Positions 8,939-18,662 of a stretch of DNA of 62,127 nucleotides are shown here, one piece after another (position 1 is the stretch's first letter; every line of letters starts with the position of its first letter). The stretch is from an uncultured Halobacteria archaeon (GTDB lineage Archaea > Halobacteriota > Syntropharchaeia > Alkanophagales > Methanospirareceae), in contig CAYUEX010000001.1 of NCBI GenBank assembly GCA_964443855.1, forward strand, positions 1 through 62,127, in the 5' to 3' direction. The notes below the pieces were generated by a model, which saw nothing but the letters and a program-made list of their open reading frames with translations, had not been told where the DNA came from and made no database searches. Both the position numbers and the translations under genes were made by a program.

Positions 8939-10285
8939 TTATTGGAAGAGGAACTCTTTTGAGAGTTTTCTGTGCGTGAATTCCTTTGCATCCGCGCCGA
9001 CATACGTGGCTACTTTCTGGCCCGCGCCGACCATGAGATATTTATAAATGACGAGCCCTTCTAAGCCGACGGGACCGCGTGCATGCACCTTGTACGTGCT
9101 TATACCCACTTCTGCGCCCTTACCGTACCTGAAACCATCGCTGAACCGCGTTGATGCGTTCTGCATTACCGAAGAGGAATCAACAAACCGCATGAACTTC
9201 AGCGCGGTTTCTTTATTCTCCGTGACGATTGCATCGGTATGCCCCGATCCGTAGGTATTGATATGCTCGATGGCGTCGTCAACGCCGTCAACCACTTTGA
9301 TAGAGATGATTAAGTCGTTGTATTCGGTATGCCAATCCTCTTCTGATGCGGGCTTTAGCTCAGTGTTACTTTCTAAGAGTTTCATTGTTCGTGGGCATCC
9401 GCGAACCTCGACACCTGCTTGGAGATACCGGTCGACCATTTTTGGTAGGAACTCAGGTGCTATTGTAGTATCCACGAGTAATGTTTCCGCAGCGTTACAA
9501 ACCGCAGGATATTGCACCTTCGCATCGTAAGCAACCTCGAGCGCCATATTTGTATTGGCATCCCGATCAACGTACACGTGGCAAATCCCCTCTGAATGCC
9601 CTAAGACCATGATGCTGGAGTTGTCCTGTATGTACCGCACAAACTGGTCGCTCCCCCGCGGTATGATGAGGTCTATGTACGCGTTCATTTTCAACATTGC
9701 ATTGACGTCTTCGCGCGTCTCGAGCAATTGCAGCCAGCCATCAGGGATTCCGTCGCCCTCCGATGACGCTTTTGCCACGATCTGAAAGAGCGCTTCATTT
9801 GAATAGCGTGCTTCAGACCCGCCCTTGAGCAGTACGGCATTGCCGGTTTTCAGACAGAGCGCGGAGATTTGAACGAGCACGTCGGGTCGCGATTCGAAGA
9901 TCGCGCCGATGACACCAATCGGGCAGGCTACCTGGAAGAGCTCTAAATCCTTATCTAACTCGATTGCAGACAGTGTTTTCCCTACGGGGTCCGCTAACTT
10001 CGCAACGTCCTTCACGCTCAGTATCATCTCGTCGATCTTCGAATCGTCCAGGATTAAGCGATGGAGCAGTGCTTTAGACATCTGTCCGTCATTTACTAAG
10101 CCTCGAGCGAGTTCGATATCCTTGTTATTCGCTGCCAGTATCTCTTTTCGATTTTTATCAAGGGCATCTGCGATGCGGAGCAATGCTGCATTCTTCTCCC
10201 CAGTTGTCGCGTTGGCCAAGGGAATTGATGCCGCTCGCGCACTCTTCGCTTTCTCTACGATGCTTGCACCTACATTTAATGTCAT
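8939..10285 (-). CDS. proA: Gamma-glutamyl phosphate reductase
   Basis: Full-length aldehyde-dehydrogenase-fold ProA pattern (…IFESRPD…, …GHSEGICHVYVD…, …CNAAETLLV…, …HTDAIVT…). GGAGG RBS 10 nt upstream of the ATG. Confidence 0.9.
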   Translation of the reverse strand: MTLNVGASIVEKAKSARAASIPLANATTGEKNAALLRIADALDKNRKEILAANNKDIELARGLVNDGQMSKALLHRLILDDSKIDEMILSVKDVAKLADPVGKTLSAIELDKDLELFQVACPIGVIGAIFESRPDVLVQISALCLKTGNAVLLKGGSEARYSNEALFQIVAKASSEGDGIPDGWLQLLETREDVNAMLKMNAYIDLIIPRGSDQFVRYIQDNSSIMVLGHSEGICHVYVDRDANTNMALEVAYDAKVQYPAVCNAAETLLVDTTIAPEFLPKMVDRYLQAGVEVRGCPRTMKLLESNTELKPASEEDWHTEYNDLIISIKVVDGVDDAIEHINTYGSGHTDAIVTENKETALKFMRFVDSSSVMQNASTRFSDGFRYGKGAEVGISTYKVHARGPVGLEGLVIYKYLMVGAGQKVATYVGADAKEFTHRKLSKEFLFQ

Positions 10286-10293
10286 TTTTACAG
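10285..10293. repeat. Direct repeat copy TTTTTACAG at the proA start (pairs with 12451-12459)
   Basis: Exact 9-nt match read from the sequence. Followed by AAC here and by CAAC in the other copy. Confidence 0.5.
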
Positions 10294-10434
10294 AACCTCC
10301 AAAAAGACCATCCGATTTTAGGTGGATGAATGAGATATAAATAGTGATGGTTTAAATAAAGGGACCCTATCCATGCCTTCCAGCAATAAATTGCGTGGTA
10401 TCCATTAAAGGCATAAATAATCAGAATGATATTT

Positions 10435-11262
10435 TCAATCTTCATAATCTCCCATCTCATCTTCAGTGTTTTCGTCGATATCATCGGAATCTCTAAATTC
10501 TGGAAACTGATATAATGTGGTGGTATTCAACCAAGAATTAATGCTCCGTGAAAATTTAGCCCTACTTTGCGGATTAGACGCATCAACAGAAATTTGTATT
10601 GATTTGTTTTTATGATTATATGTTGCATATTCCCTAAAAGTTTTCTCAGTAACTTGTTTAAAAATGTTTTCCACTTTTTTTCTCAGAATGGACCTGGAGG
10701 ATTGTGAAAATGATTCATATAAATCACCGAGTAGTAATTGTATCACTCCTTCTGAAGTCATTTCATCATCATCTGTTGCAATCTTCTTAAAAATCCCTGC
10801 AAGTTTTGGCTTTAGTTCTTCTTCGGTAGATTCTGGAACTGCTAATATACCATAGCTAGGTACGGGAAAAACAAAACCGGTCCAATTGTTAAGTGAATCT
10901 AATAAACGCTCATCATCTATACGTTCAATTGCTGCTTGCCCTGGTTGGTAAACCTGAACCAGATTATAACCTCTGTATCTTGTAGTAGGTATAAGGTCGG
11001 TAACTAAAAAGGGGGCGCTTCCATTTTTACGAGCAGAATCGTTTGGAAATAGAGTTTTCAAATATTCGGTTAATGTGACTTTTTTATATTTTTTCATCTC
11101 ATGGCCTTTCTGGTTAGACATTGAAATATCCACTACACAAAAAAACTCATCAGAAAAACCAATAATATCTGGTGTCAATTCTTCAGCGGTTTTTGGTTCA
11201 CAAAAAAAAATCTTTATAACCTGCCTCAAAGAATGGCCCAACTTCACGTTGACTTTTATCAA
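10435..11262 (-). CDS. Hypothetical protein, no recognisable family; acidic C-terminal tail; may extend to ATG 11308 through a T9 frameshift
   Basis: Long ORF in an A/T-rich segment, co-directional with and downstream of the 345-aa ORF. The track start is TTG. An alternative ATG lies 13 nt after the upstream stop in another frame. Confidence 0.5.
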   Translation of the reverse strand: MIKVNVKLGHSLRQVIKIFFCEPKTAEELTPDIIGFSDEFFCVVDISMSNQKGHEMKKYKKVTLTEYLKTLFPNDSARKNGSAPFLVTDLIPTTRYRGYNLVQVYQPGQAAIERIDDERLLDSLNNWTGFVFPVPSYGILAVPESTEEELKPKLAGIFKKIATDDDEMTSEGVIQLLLGDLYESFSQSSRSILRKKVENIFKQVTEKTFREYATYNHKNKSIQISVDASNPQSRAKFSRSINSWLNTTTLYQFPEFRDSDDIDENTEDEMGDYED

Positions 11263-11321
11263 ATAAAAAAATAGACCTGCGCCATAATTCTACACGCCTC
11301 TCACCCATATTTTCGTATGGA

Positions 11322-12359
11322 CTAGTCAAATAACGGCACCCCCTCATAATACATTTTTACATCAGAAGAAAGGTGACGTGCAGACAAGGTTCCAAATCGA
11401 GGTGCAACATTCATACAAGCATTTGGTTGTGGAGTAATATATGCATAATCTTCACCAAGATCCAAGGTTAAAAAGTCCCCTGTATGAAGGTCAACACCGG
11501 AGTATCTTATAAAATCTTCTTGTGATTCATACGGTTCGAGCCACAGCATCATTCTGCCAACTCCTGAAAATGATATACGACTAAAATCACTATTGTTAAT
11601 TTTTTCTGAAAAAATTGTCTCAACAAATGAAGATCTTTTAGAGCGCTCTTTCTCCATTACCTCTAATTCTTTTAGATACGCAGTTTTTACGTAACTTATC
11701 AATTCTACAAAATTCTCAAAATCATCACACGTATTTACAGTCATATGTCCATTATAGAACAATTCATATAATTCTCCAGATATGTTCCTACCATCTGTTG
11801 ACCAGTTTTTCCCAAATCGGATAGAAGATTTTGAAAAATTATCCTTCGCGGCATTTAACAGTTGCTCTTGCCTCTCTGAAAGATTTCGTCCGATCCAAAG
11901 TTTGGCAGAAAAATTTGATTTTGGTTCTTCCATAGTAAAGGTGTCTTCAAATCGTATCCCAAATCCACGGTTTGTATACCTAAACTCGTTTTGGACTTTA
12001 AACATAAATGATTCTGGTGCCCATAGGTTATCCACCCCTCTTTTTTCAAGAAATACTGATCTTAGCATCTTGAGGGCTGTGTTCGTTTGTGAAAGGCAAA
12101 ATATCTGCCATATTCTCTTATTGCTCGTATCGATCCAATAAGTTTCACCCTCATGGTTAAGTGAATAAAGACTTTTGTCTATACATTTAGCCTCGGATAA
12201 TTCGAGAATATTTCTTACATGGCTTTCATTTACTTCTATCCAAAACACCTTGATTTGAGGGCGCTTCCACTGCCCAAAACGGGAATAGTATTCCCTGTTT
12301 TCTTCACAAATAGCTTGAAGTAAGGTGAATAATTCCTTTCTACTCTTGATGGTGCTCAT
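11322..12359 (-). CDS. Hypothetical protein, no recognisable family (first gene of the inserted cassette)
   Basis: 345-aa ORF with an ATG start and a TATA-like TATTATAAGA about 25 nt upstream. Asn/Lys/Phe/Tyr-rich composition unlike the flanking genes. Confidence 0.55.
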   Translation of the reverse strand: MSTIKSRKELFTLLQAICEENREYYSRFGQWKRPQIKVFWIEVNESHVRNILELSEAKCIDKSLYSLNHEGETYWIDTSNKRIWQIFCLSQTNTALKMLRSVFLEKRGVDNLWAPESFMFKVQNEFRYTNRGFGIRFEDTFTMEEPKSNFSAKLWIGRNLSERQEQLLNAAKDNFSKSSIRFGKNWSTDGRNISGELYELFYNGHMTVNTCDDFENFVELISYVKTAYLKELEVMEKERSKRSSFVETIFSEKINNSDFSRISFSGVGRMMLWLEPYESQEDFIRYSGVDLHTGDFLTLDLGEDYAYITPQPNACMNVAPRFGTLSARHLSSDVKMYYEGVPLFD

Positions 12360-12450
12360 TTATTGTCACTTCATCTACTTCTTATAATACGGAGCCTGTT
12401 AAACCCCTCATAGGTATTCGCAAGACAATAAAGCTTTCGATCTTTAAATT

Positions 12451-12459
12451 TTTTTACAG
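12451..12459. repeat. Direct repeat copy TTTTTACAG containing the proB stop codon (pairs with 10285-10293)
   Basis: Exact 9-nt match read from the sequence. Confidence 0.5.
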
Positions 12460-13605
12460 CAACACCAAATTCCCTCGGTACACCACTTCATTGTACGCTT
12501 TCCGACCCAGAATCCGTTCGATTTCGCGTGATTGCACCCCTTTAATCTTTTCGATATCGCTGCTCGAGTAATTTGAGATGCCCTTTGCAAATTCAATCCC
12601 GTCGGCGTCGACGATGCTAATCGGATCGCCGCTCTTAAACTCCTTTTCCACACCGAGGATGCCCGAGGGGAGCAAGCTCCCACTATTTTCAAGCAGTGCG
12701 GTTTTTGCACCGGCATCAACCTTTATGCTACCTTTTGGCGATGCGGCGAAGCGAATCCAGTGCGTTCGGCCGTTCAGCTTATCCGTCTTCGGCAAGAAGA
12801 GCGTGCCGAGCGGTTCACCATTGATGAGCCGAACGAGGATGTTCTCTGCGCTGCTGTTTGCGATGACCATGGGAATGCCTGCGTTCGTAACGACCTTAGC
12901 AGCTTCCAGTTTCGTCTGCATACCGCCCACACCGGTTCTCCCGCCCTTGTCCGCAATTCGCTCAAGCTCAGGGGTTATTTCGTCCACCACGGCGATGAGT
13001 TCCGCTTTTTCACTTCGTTTCGGGTTATACGTGTACAAACCGTCGACATCAGACAGGATAATAAGCAAATCCGCATCGAGATTGCTTGCGACCAGCGCCG
13101 ATAAATTATCGTTATCGCCCAATTTAATCTCGTCTACGGCCACCGTGTCGTTCTCATTGGTGATAGGGATCACATTGGACTTGAGTAAGGTATCTAGGGT
13201 ATTGCGCAGGTTGAGGTAGCGCTGCCGGTTATGGAATGCCGCATAGGTTACCAAGACCTGAGCTACGATCTGATCATAATGGGAAAAATATTTGTCATAC
13301 GTGCTCATCAGGATGTTCTGGCCGACGGCAGCCGTGGCTTGTAATACCTTTATGTCACGTGGTCGTCGTTTGAGGTCAAGTTTACCAATACCCGCACCGA
13401 TAGCGCCTGACGATACCAAAATGACTTCTTTACCTTGATTTCTCAACGCAACGATCTTTTGAACGAGCTTTTCTACCTTTTCCGGGTTCATTCGGTAATC
13501 TGCATCGGTGATGCTGCTCGTACCGACCTTAATGACGATTCGTTTCGCTTCCGATAGGTCGATACCTTCTCGTTCCGTGGATTTCATCGTTGTTTCTCCA
13601 GCCAT
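12454..13605 (-). CDS. proB: Glutamate 5-kinase with C-terminal PUA domain
   Basis: Amino-acid kinase fold strings (IVIKVGTSS…, VILVSSGAIGAG, GDNDNLSA) and a PUA-like C-terminus. Confidence 0.9.
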   Translation of the reverse strand: MAGETTMKSTEREGIDLSEAKRIVIKVGTSSITDADYRMNPEKVEKLVQKIVALRNQGKEVILVSSGAIGAGIGKLDLKRRPRDIKVLQATAAVGQNILMSTYDKYFSHYDQIVAQVLVTYAAFHNRQRYLNLRNTLDTLLKSNVIPITNENDTVAVDEIKLGDNDNLSALVASNLDADLLIILSDVDGLYTYNPKRSEKAELIAVVDEITPELERIADKGGRTGVGGMQTKLEAAKVVTNAGIPMVIANSSAENILVRLINGEPLGTLFLPKTDKLNGRTHWIRFAASPKGSIKVDAGAKTALLENSGSLLPSGILGVEKEFKSGDPISIVDADGIEFAKGISNYSSSDIEKIKGVQSREIERILGRKAYNEVVYRGNLVLL

Positions 13606-13666
13606 ATCTTTGCCCGTCTTTGATTCGTTAACACTACATTAGCTTTGTGTAAAGTAAAAGAAAAGT

Positions 13667-14176
13667 TTATAAAAATGGTTTTATCTCCCATGGCGCTTCC
13701 TCAAGCCCTTTGAGCTCCACACCGCCGTCAACGCCCAGAATCTCCGCACCGTCGAATTCTGCCATGCCGCAGAGCAACTGTTGCTCGGGATGCGTGCCCG
13801 GTGTAATCTTACAGCTCAACACGACGCGTTTACCTGCAGAAACGACGATTTTCAGCCGGGCGGACGCGGGATGGTTCTTGGGTAGCACAATCAGTGGCGA
13901 GTTCACTTCTCGAATCATGTAAAGCACGCAACGCAGTCCATTTCTGATCAGGTCATCAGTGCCAAACCCTGAAGCGACCAGTAACGCTTCTGGACCCAAC
14001 CCCAAAACAAACTCGCGGTCAGGCGTGTCAACGAAGAACGGACGTTGGGTTCCTACTTTTACTATCGCTAAGGTGCCGGTCTGTCCGTGCACCAGCAGCA
14101 TTTCGTGGTTTTCTAAGGGGATCATGGTGTGTATAATACTTAACGTAATCCCGGTTATTACATTTTCCCGGAACAA
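13667..14176 (-). CDS. Conserved hypothetical protein
   Basis: ORF with host-like composition; no motif recognised. Confidence 0.45.
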   Translation of the reverse strand: MFRENVITGITLSIIHTMIPLENHEMLLVHGQTGTLAIVKVGTQRPFFVDTPDREFVLGLGPEALLVASGFGTDDLIRNGLRCVLYMIREVNSPLIVLPKNHPASARLKIVVSAGKRVVLSCKITPGTHPEQQLLCGMAEFDGAEILGVDGGVELKGLEEAPWEIKPFL

Positions 14177-14198
14177 TCACTTGAAGGCTTCTAAGAAC

Positions 14199-14687
14199 TC
14201 AAACCACCGGCTCGAGATATTCCCGATATTCCTTGACCTCCACCGGCCTGCCAGACCAGTATTTTAGCACCTCGCCGTTCTGGACGATCGCAGTCAACGG
14301 CAGGAGCTTCTCGCCCTCGCTGCTCCGGTTGATAATATGATAAAGCGCTCCTTCCGGCGAACTGTCGTAAAAATCAATAAAAGCGATTTGATCACCGTAG
14401 AGCTGCTGCAGCTCATCGATATTGGGCATGTCTCGCTCGCAGATTATGCACACGTCCTCACTACACGGATCGCGTCGTATGCTCATCACAACCGGTCGTT
14501 TGAACTCTAAAATCTTTGAAACCGCTCGCTCTATACCTTGGTACTTTCCCTGGACATACCGCATGATTACCTCGTCATACCGCTTCAGAACGTTTTCAAC
14601 GCTCAGCCCGTGCTTCGCGGCGAGCATCTGCACCACTTTCTGCTTGAATATTTGCTGATGTTCTGAGACGAGATCTCTAAGCTGCAT
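14199..14687 (-). CDS. Thioredoxin-fold-like hypothetical protein (CIIC motif)
   Basis: A CxxC (VCIICERD) is followed by a beta-alpha pattern typical of glutaredoxin/thioredoxin-like proteins. Weak call. Confidence 0.4.
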   Translation of the reverse strand: MQLRDLVSEHQQIFKQKVVQMLAAKHGLSVENVLKRYDEVIMRYVQGKYQGIERAVSKILEFKRPVVMSIRRDPCSEDVCIICERDMPNIDELQQLYGDQIAFIDFYDSSPEGALYHIINRSSEGEKLLPLTAIVQNGEVLKYWSGRPVEVKEYREYLEPVV

Positions 14688-14747
14688 CGTTTACCTTACT
14701 CCTAATTACGATTCTTTAAATAATTAGGTTGACGGATCGAATCGCTC

Positions 14748-15459
14748 TCAACCCCATGCTTCTTTCGCCGCGGCATAGGTCTGTTCCATCTCAGACTCCG
14801 AAGTGATGCCAACGCTTATCGAATCCGCATAGGTATAAATGAAACTGAACAATGACTGTGTGGGTTTCAAACGACCCGCAGCTAACGGCTTTATTGCGAT
14901 CACCGTTTTGTCAGTAGTTTCCAACGCCTTCAGTGTGCTTTCTTTATCCGGCTCCATTGCATAGCCCACCGGATTTACCGGAGCGAGATACGCATCGAAA
15001 TCAAAACCCGCAGTGTCCAGTTCCTCTATCGTGGCACCGGGATAATGCGTAGCGGCAGCCGGTGACGCCCCTACAGCTTTGATCTTCTTTATCCGGCCGG
15101 CTATGCGCGAGTTAAGGGCATCGCAGGAAAGCGCATGTAGTGCTATAATTTCCGGCTTCAACGGTCTTACCAAATCCAAATCACGCTCGAAGTTCCTTCC
15201 GCTCGGTAGCGTTGCAGCGATAAAGAATTCCTCACCTAGTTCCTTCACCGCCTCTTTCAACGCGTTCACGAGAGGTTCATAAACAATGAGCTGCACTGCT
15301 TTTACCTCAAGCTGTGCTGATTCGATGAACAAACAGCCGGGTCATATTGGATTCGTTATGATAAAATCGCTGCCGATACTCGTAGGCCTTTGCGCCAAAC
15401 TGCCCCGCTCCGATGAACGGAGAAGTTCCAAGCATAAGCTTTGGGATTTCTAAGTGCAT
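14748..15459 (-). pseudogene. Hypothetical protein gene split by a 1-nt frameshift near 15331-15333
   Basis: ATG 15459 opens MHLEIPKLMLGTSPFIGAGQFGAKAYEYRQRFYHNESNMTRLF…, which stops at 15307. The 194-aa track ORF (14748-15332) continues in another frame from the same point. Removing one T of a TTT run joins them into about 237 aa. Confidence 0.5.
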
Positions 15460-15542
15460 TATACTTTGATATAAATCAAAACGAGAAATAGTATAGCTAA
15501 AATAGCAAAAGACAAGAGTGGCATAGTAAGGAGAACAAAAGT

Positions 15543-17522
15543 ATGGTCAGTAAAGCCCCATCGTATTCTTCGATTCCGCAGTTCCTGCAACCGTATGTGA
15601 AGGACGCCGTTGCGTTTCCTGCGTTAAATACGTTATCCTCGCTGCTGGATTTGAAAGAGCGAGACGCAGAGAAGGTGGTGCTCAAAACGAACGAGCAATT
15701 AATGGGCTATAAAGTGCGGAACGTCTTCTGCACCACAGAGACGAGGGAATTAGAGCGAGATATCTTGAAGCTGCTCGCAGGCTATGCGACGACGAAAAAC
15801 GGACGTGAGTTGGTTCGTACACGCACGCCTACCCTTGACCGAGCAGAACTGCAAAAGCGGTTTGAGGATGTGCGTGAGACTAAACGATTGACTGAGCTAC
15901 TGGGCACGGAGAAGATAGCGGAGGTGCAGAAACTACTCCTCAACGTTGAGATCGAGTCCATGAACTTCGGCACATCGCCGCTTATCGCTACTCGCAGCCG
16001 AAGCCTCGAAGCACAGCTAAAGGAGCACTACGGCGATTTCGTCCGTATCGCTATTGTTGATTCCGTGGAGAAAGCGCAAGAACTTGTACAAAAAGAAAAC
16101 ATCATTCTGTTGCTCGGCGAAGAGGAGGGCGTGTTTGACGAGCCGGGCATTATAACGCTGCCTGGTGATGATTCGTCGGATATCAGCGCGATCTATCCCA
16201 CGTTCGTGGTTAAATCGTTCACGGCAAAGAAAAAAGCACTAGAAGCGGTTATACGACTCTTAACTGAGTTTGAGGAACTTAAAGATTCACAACTGTTTAA
16301 CGGCATCTCAATAGCGGATTTAGATTCGGTTTTGGAGCTTATAGAAGGACTAGAAGCGGGAAAGGGCACCGGGGAAATCAACTTTGATGATGTACTCTAC
16401 CGCTGGGAGGAGGCGCTCAACAGGGAAATAGACAGGATTATGCGAAGCGGTGGTGGTGCAGACGATTTTAAAGGTTACCTGGATGAAGTCGTGGTGAACA
16501 TGGCTGATGAGCTGATGCTTACCGGTGAGGACCGAGAAGTGCTGCGAGAAAGCGCGTACGAGAACTTAGAGCGTGGCCCACCGTTCGAATTCTCACGTAG
16601 CAAGACAGAGCTCTTGCGACAACGGTATGCGAGGAAGATGGCAGAGCGGCAGTATTTCCAGTTGCGAGACGGTGCAAAGCACCTGGAGCGGTGGAGCAAA
16701 CCGATAAACAAAGCGATTAAACAGCTTTTCTATTTCGATTTTATGCTTGCCGTGTTGCAATTTAGCCAGGACTTCGGGTTAACGGTGCCAGAACTCATCG
16801 ACGGTGGCTTGGGCGTGATTAAGGGTAGGAATATCTTCCTAGTCGATGAAGCGCTCAGCGGGGGTGAGAACGTGGTTCCGGTTTCATATTCGATAGGGAA
16901 GGCGAATGTAGGCATCTTCGGCGCGACGCCACACCCGGTAGCGACCCTAACGGGGGCGAATAGCGGCGGGAAAACCTGTCTGCTCATCATGCTCGCAAGT
17001 TCGATCATTCTCACGGAGCTTGGGCTGCCCGTGCCTGCGGAACGTGCGGAAATACCCGTGCTACCGCTCTACCTGTACCGAAGGAAGATGATCAAGAAAA
17101 CGGGATCGTTCGAATATTCCATGCGAGCGTTGAGCCGGATATTCATGCGCGAAGGTGCGAAGGTCGTGTTAATAGACGAGTTGGAGGCGCTTACCGAGCC
17201 TGGTGCTATGGGTCGGATAATGGCGTCCGTACTGAACAATCTGCCGAACGATACGCTGGCAGTAATGATCACGCATTTGATCCACGAGTTGCTGCCGCAT
17301 ATCAGCATGAAGAAGGTACGGGTGGATGGTATTGAGTCCGAGGGCTTGGATGCTGCGGGGAATATCATCGTTGACCGACAGCCGATGTTCAACCATATCG
17401 GGTCGAGCACACCCGAGTTGGTCATAACGAAGCTTCTGGGTCGCGTGCGGAAAGCGGAGTTGAAGGCCGTTTACGAGGAGATCCTTAAGGTGCTGGGGAA
17501 GGAGAGAGAGGAGTGGAGTTGA
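15543..17522 (+). CDS. MutS-family (MutS2-like) ATPase
   Basis: C-terminal MutS domain-V pattern: Walker A GANSGGKTCLL, and VLIDELEALTEPG as the Walker B/DE region. Confidence 0.7.
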   Translation: MVSKAPSYSSIPQFLQPYVKDAVAFPALNTLSSLLDLKERDAEKVVLKTNEQLMGYKVRNVFCTTETRELERDILKLLAGYATTKNGRELVRTRTPTLDRAELQKRFEDVRETKRLTELLGTEKIAEVQKLLLNVEIESMNFGTSPLIATRSRSLEAQLKEHYGDFVRIAIVDSVEKAQELVQKENIILLLGEEEGVFDEPGIITLPGDDSSDISAIYPTFVVKSFTAKKKALEAVIRLLTEFEELKDSQLFNGISIADLDSVLELIEGLEAGKGTGEINFDDVLYRWEEALNREIDRIMRSGGGADDFKGYLDEVVVNMADELMLTGEDREVLRESAYENLERGPPFEFSRSKTELLRQRYARKMAERQYFQLRDGAKHLERWSKPINKAIKQLFYFDFMLAVLQFSQDFGLTVPELIDGGLGVIKGRNIFLVDEALSGGENVVPVSYSIGKANVGIFGATPHPVATLTGANSGGKTCLLIMLASSIILTELGLPVPAERAEIPVLPLYLYRRKMIKKTGSFEYSMRALSRIFMREGAKVVLIDELEALTEPGAMGRIMASVLNNLPNDTLAVMITHLIHELLPHISMKKVRVDGIESEGLDAAGNIIVDRQPMFNHIGSSTPELVITKLLGRVRKAELKAVYEEILKVLGKEREEWS

Positions 17523-17816
17523 GTTGAGATAGACCCTCCTGTATTCTGCTGGAAAAGCAATCAAAATCAACTAATCTCAAAATCGTCGGTCGCCCCTCGC
17601 TGAAGATTGGGGCGAGCCGGGATTTGCTACGTTGGTTTAAACAAACGGAAAATCGAGCTCGACCCGTATTACTGTTTTTTCCTTGGTTGAATACCGGGAA
17701 AATGTTAAACGGGGAAATCCGCGAGGATTTAGAGCGAAATTGCCTTAGCCCGTGCATACTCAAAATCAGAGGGAGCCCCTCGGTCTCCCTTTGACTATTG
17801 CAGCAAAAGGTTTATA

Positions 17817-18662
17817 ATGTTCAAGAAGGAATCATCACGTATAAGGGAAGTACCTATCAATGGTAATATGCTTAAAGATATTTATGAGAGATTAGGTATT
17901 GGAACAGATTTAGAAGAAGAACAGAGAAAATTTTTTAACCGCCTTTATTTAACTTTGCAGGTAGTTTCTAACACGTACCCCTATAATAGGACTCATAGAG
18001 GGTTATATAATGCTGTAGCTTATGAATTAGGAGTTGATGTAAGATATAGTTTTGAGTCGTATTTTGATAGCGATTATTCTGATGGTTTTTATTATAATTT
18101 AGCTGTAGCTGAAACTATACTTATAGTTTTCAGACGTTATGCATCTATGAAGACTGCTTGTGAAGTTTTTAAGGAAAGTTTACAAGGTGCTTTTGAGAGA
18201 TCAGCGGTTGATTTAGGAATTACTTTTGAGAACGATATTATAATTAAAACAGGAGTTAGTGAACTGGATAATGTTGCAGTTCTTGAGCCATTAGATTGGT
18301 TAAGCAAGTACCCAACTACGAGAGGATATTTTGAAAGTGCTTTAAAATATTATTTGGCCAAACAGTATCCTGATGCAATGACTAATGCTTATAGTGCTCT
18401 CGAAAGTCTTGCTAAAACCGTTTTAGGGCGTGAAAGAACTTTAGATAATCTAATTGGTGAGCTCTTAAGTTATCTGACTTTACCGACGCAATGGAGTAGT
18501 ATTTTGGGACATTTTTGCCATATTGCACACGAAGATTCGAGTAGGCATGGGGAATCAGAAGGAAACAACGGAAATGACATAGACCCCAAATACGCAGAAG
18601 CATACATCTACTTTACTGGGTTGATGATACGATTAATTATTCGGACAAAAGAGGATGTCTGA
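17817..18662 (+). CDS. Orphan A/T-rich gene; C-terminal helical domain reminiscent of HEPN/Abi_C-type abortive-infection proteins
   Basis: Clean 281-aa ORF in an A/T-rich patch. C-terminal pattern YFESALKYY…AYSALESLAKTVLG…(about 40 aa)…HIAHEDSSRHGE…. The functional call is tentative. Confidence 0.45.
   Translation: MFKKESSRIREVPINGNMLKDIYERLGIGTDLEEEQRKFFNRLYLTLQVVSNTYPYNRTHRGLYNAVAYELGVDVRYSFESYFDSDYSDGFYYNLAVAETILIVFRRYASMKTACEVFKESLQGAFERSAVDLGITFENDIIIKTGVSELDNVAVLEPLDWLSKYPTTRGYFESALKYYLAKQYPDAMTNAYSALESLAKTVLGRERTLDNLIGELLSYLTLPTQWSSILGHFCHIAHEDSSRHGESEGNNGNDIDPKYAEAYIYFTGLMIRLIIRTKEDV

Noticed and set aside
17485-17763. 92-aa minus-strand ORF in the spacer after the MutS-like gene.
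   Set aside because: It has a basic, Ser/Arg-rich sequence, overlaps the end of the MutS-like gene, and has no start context. The region is better described as non-coding with hairpins.
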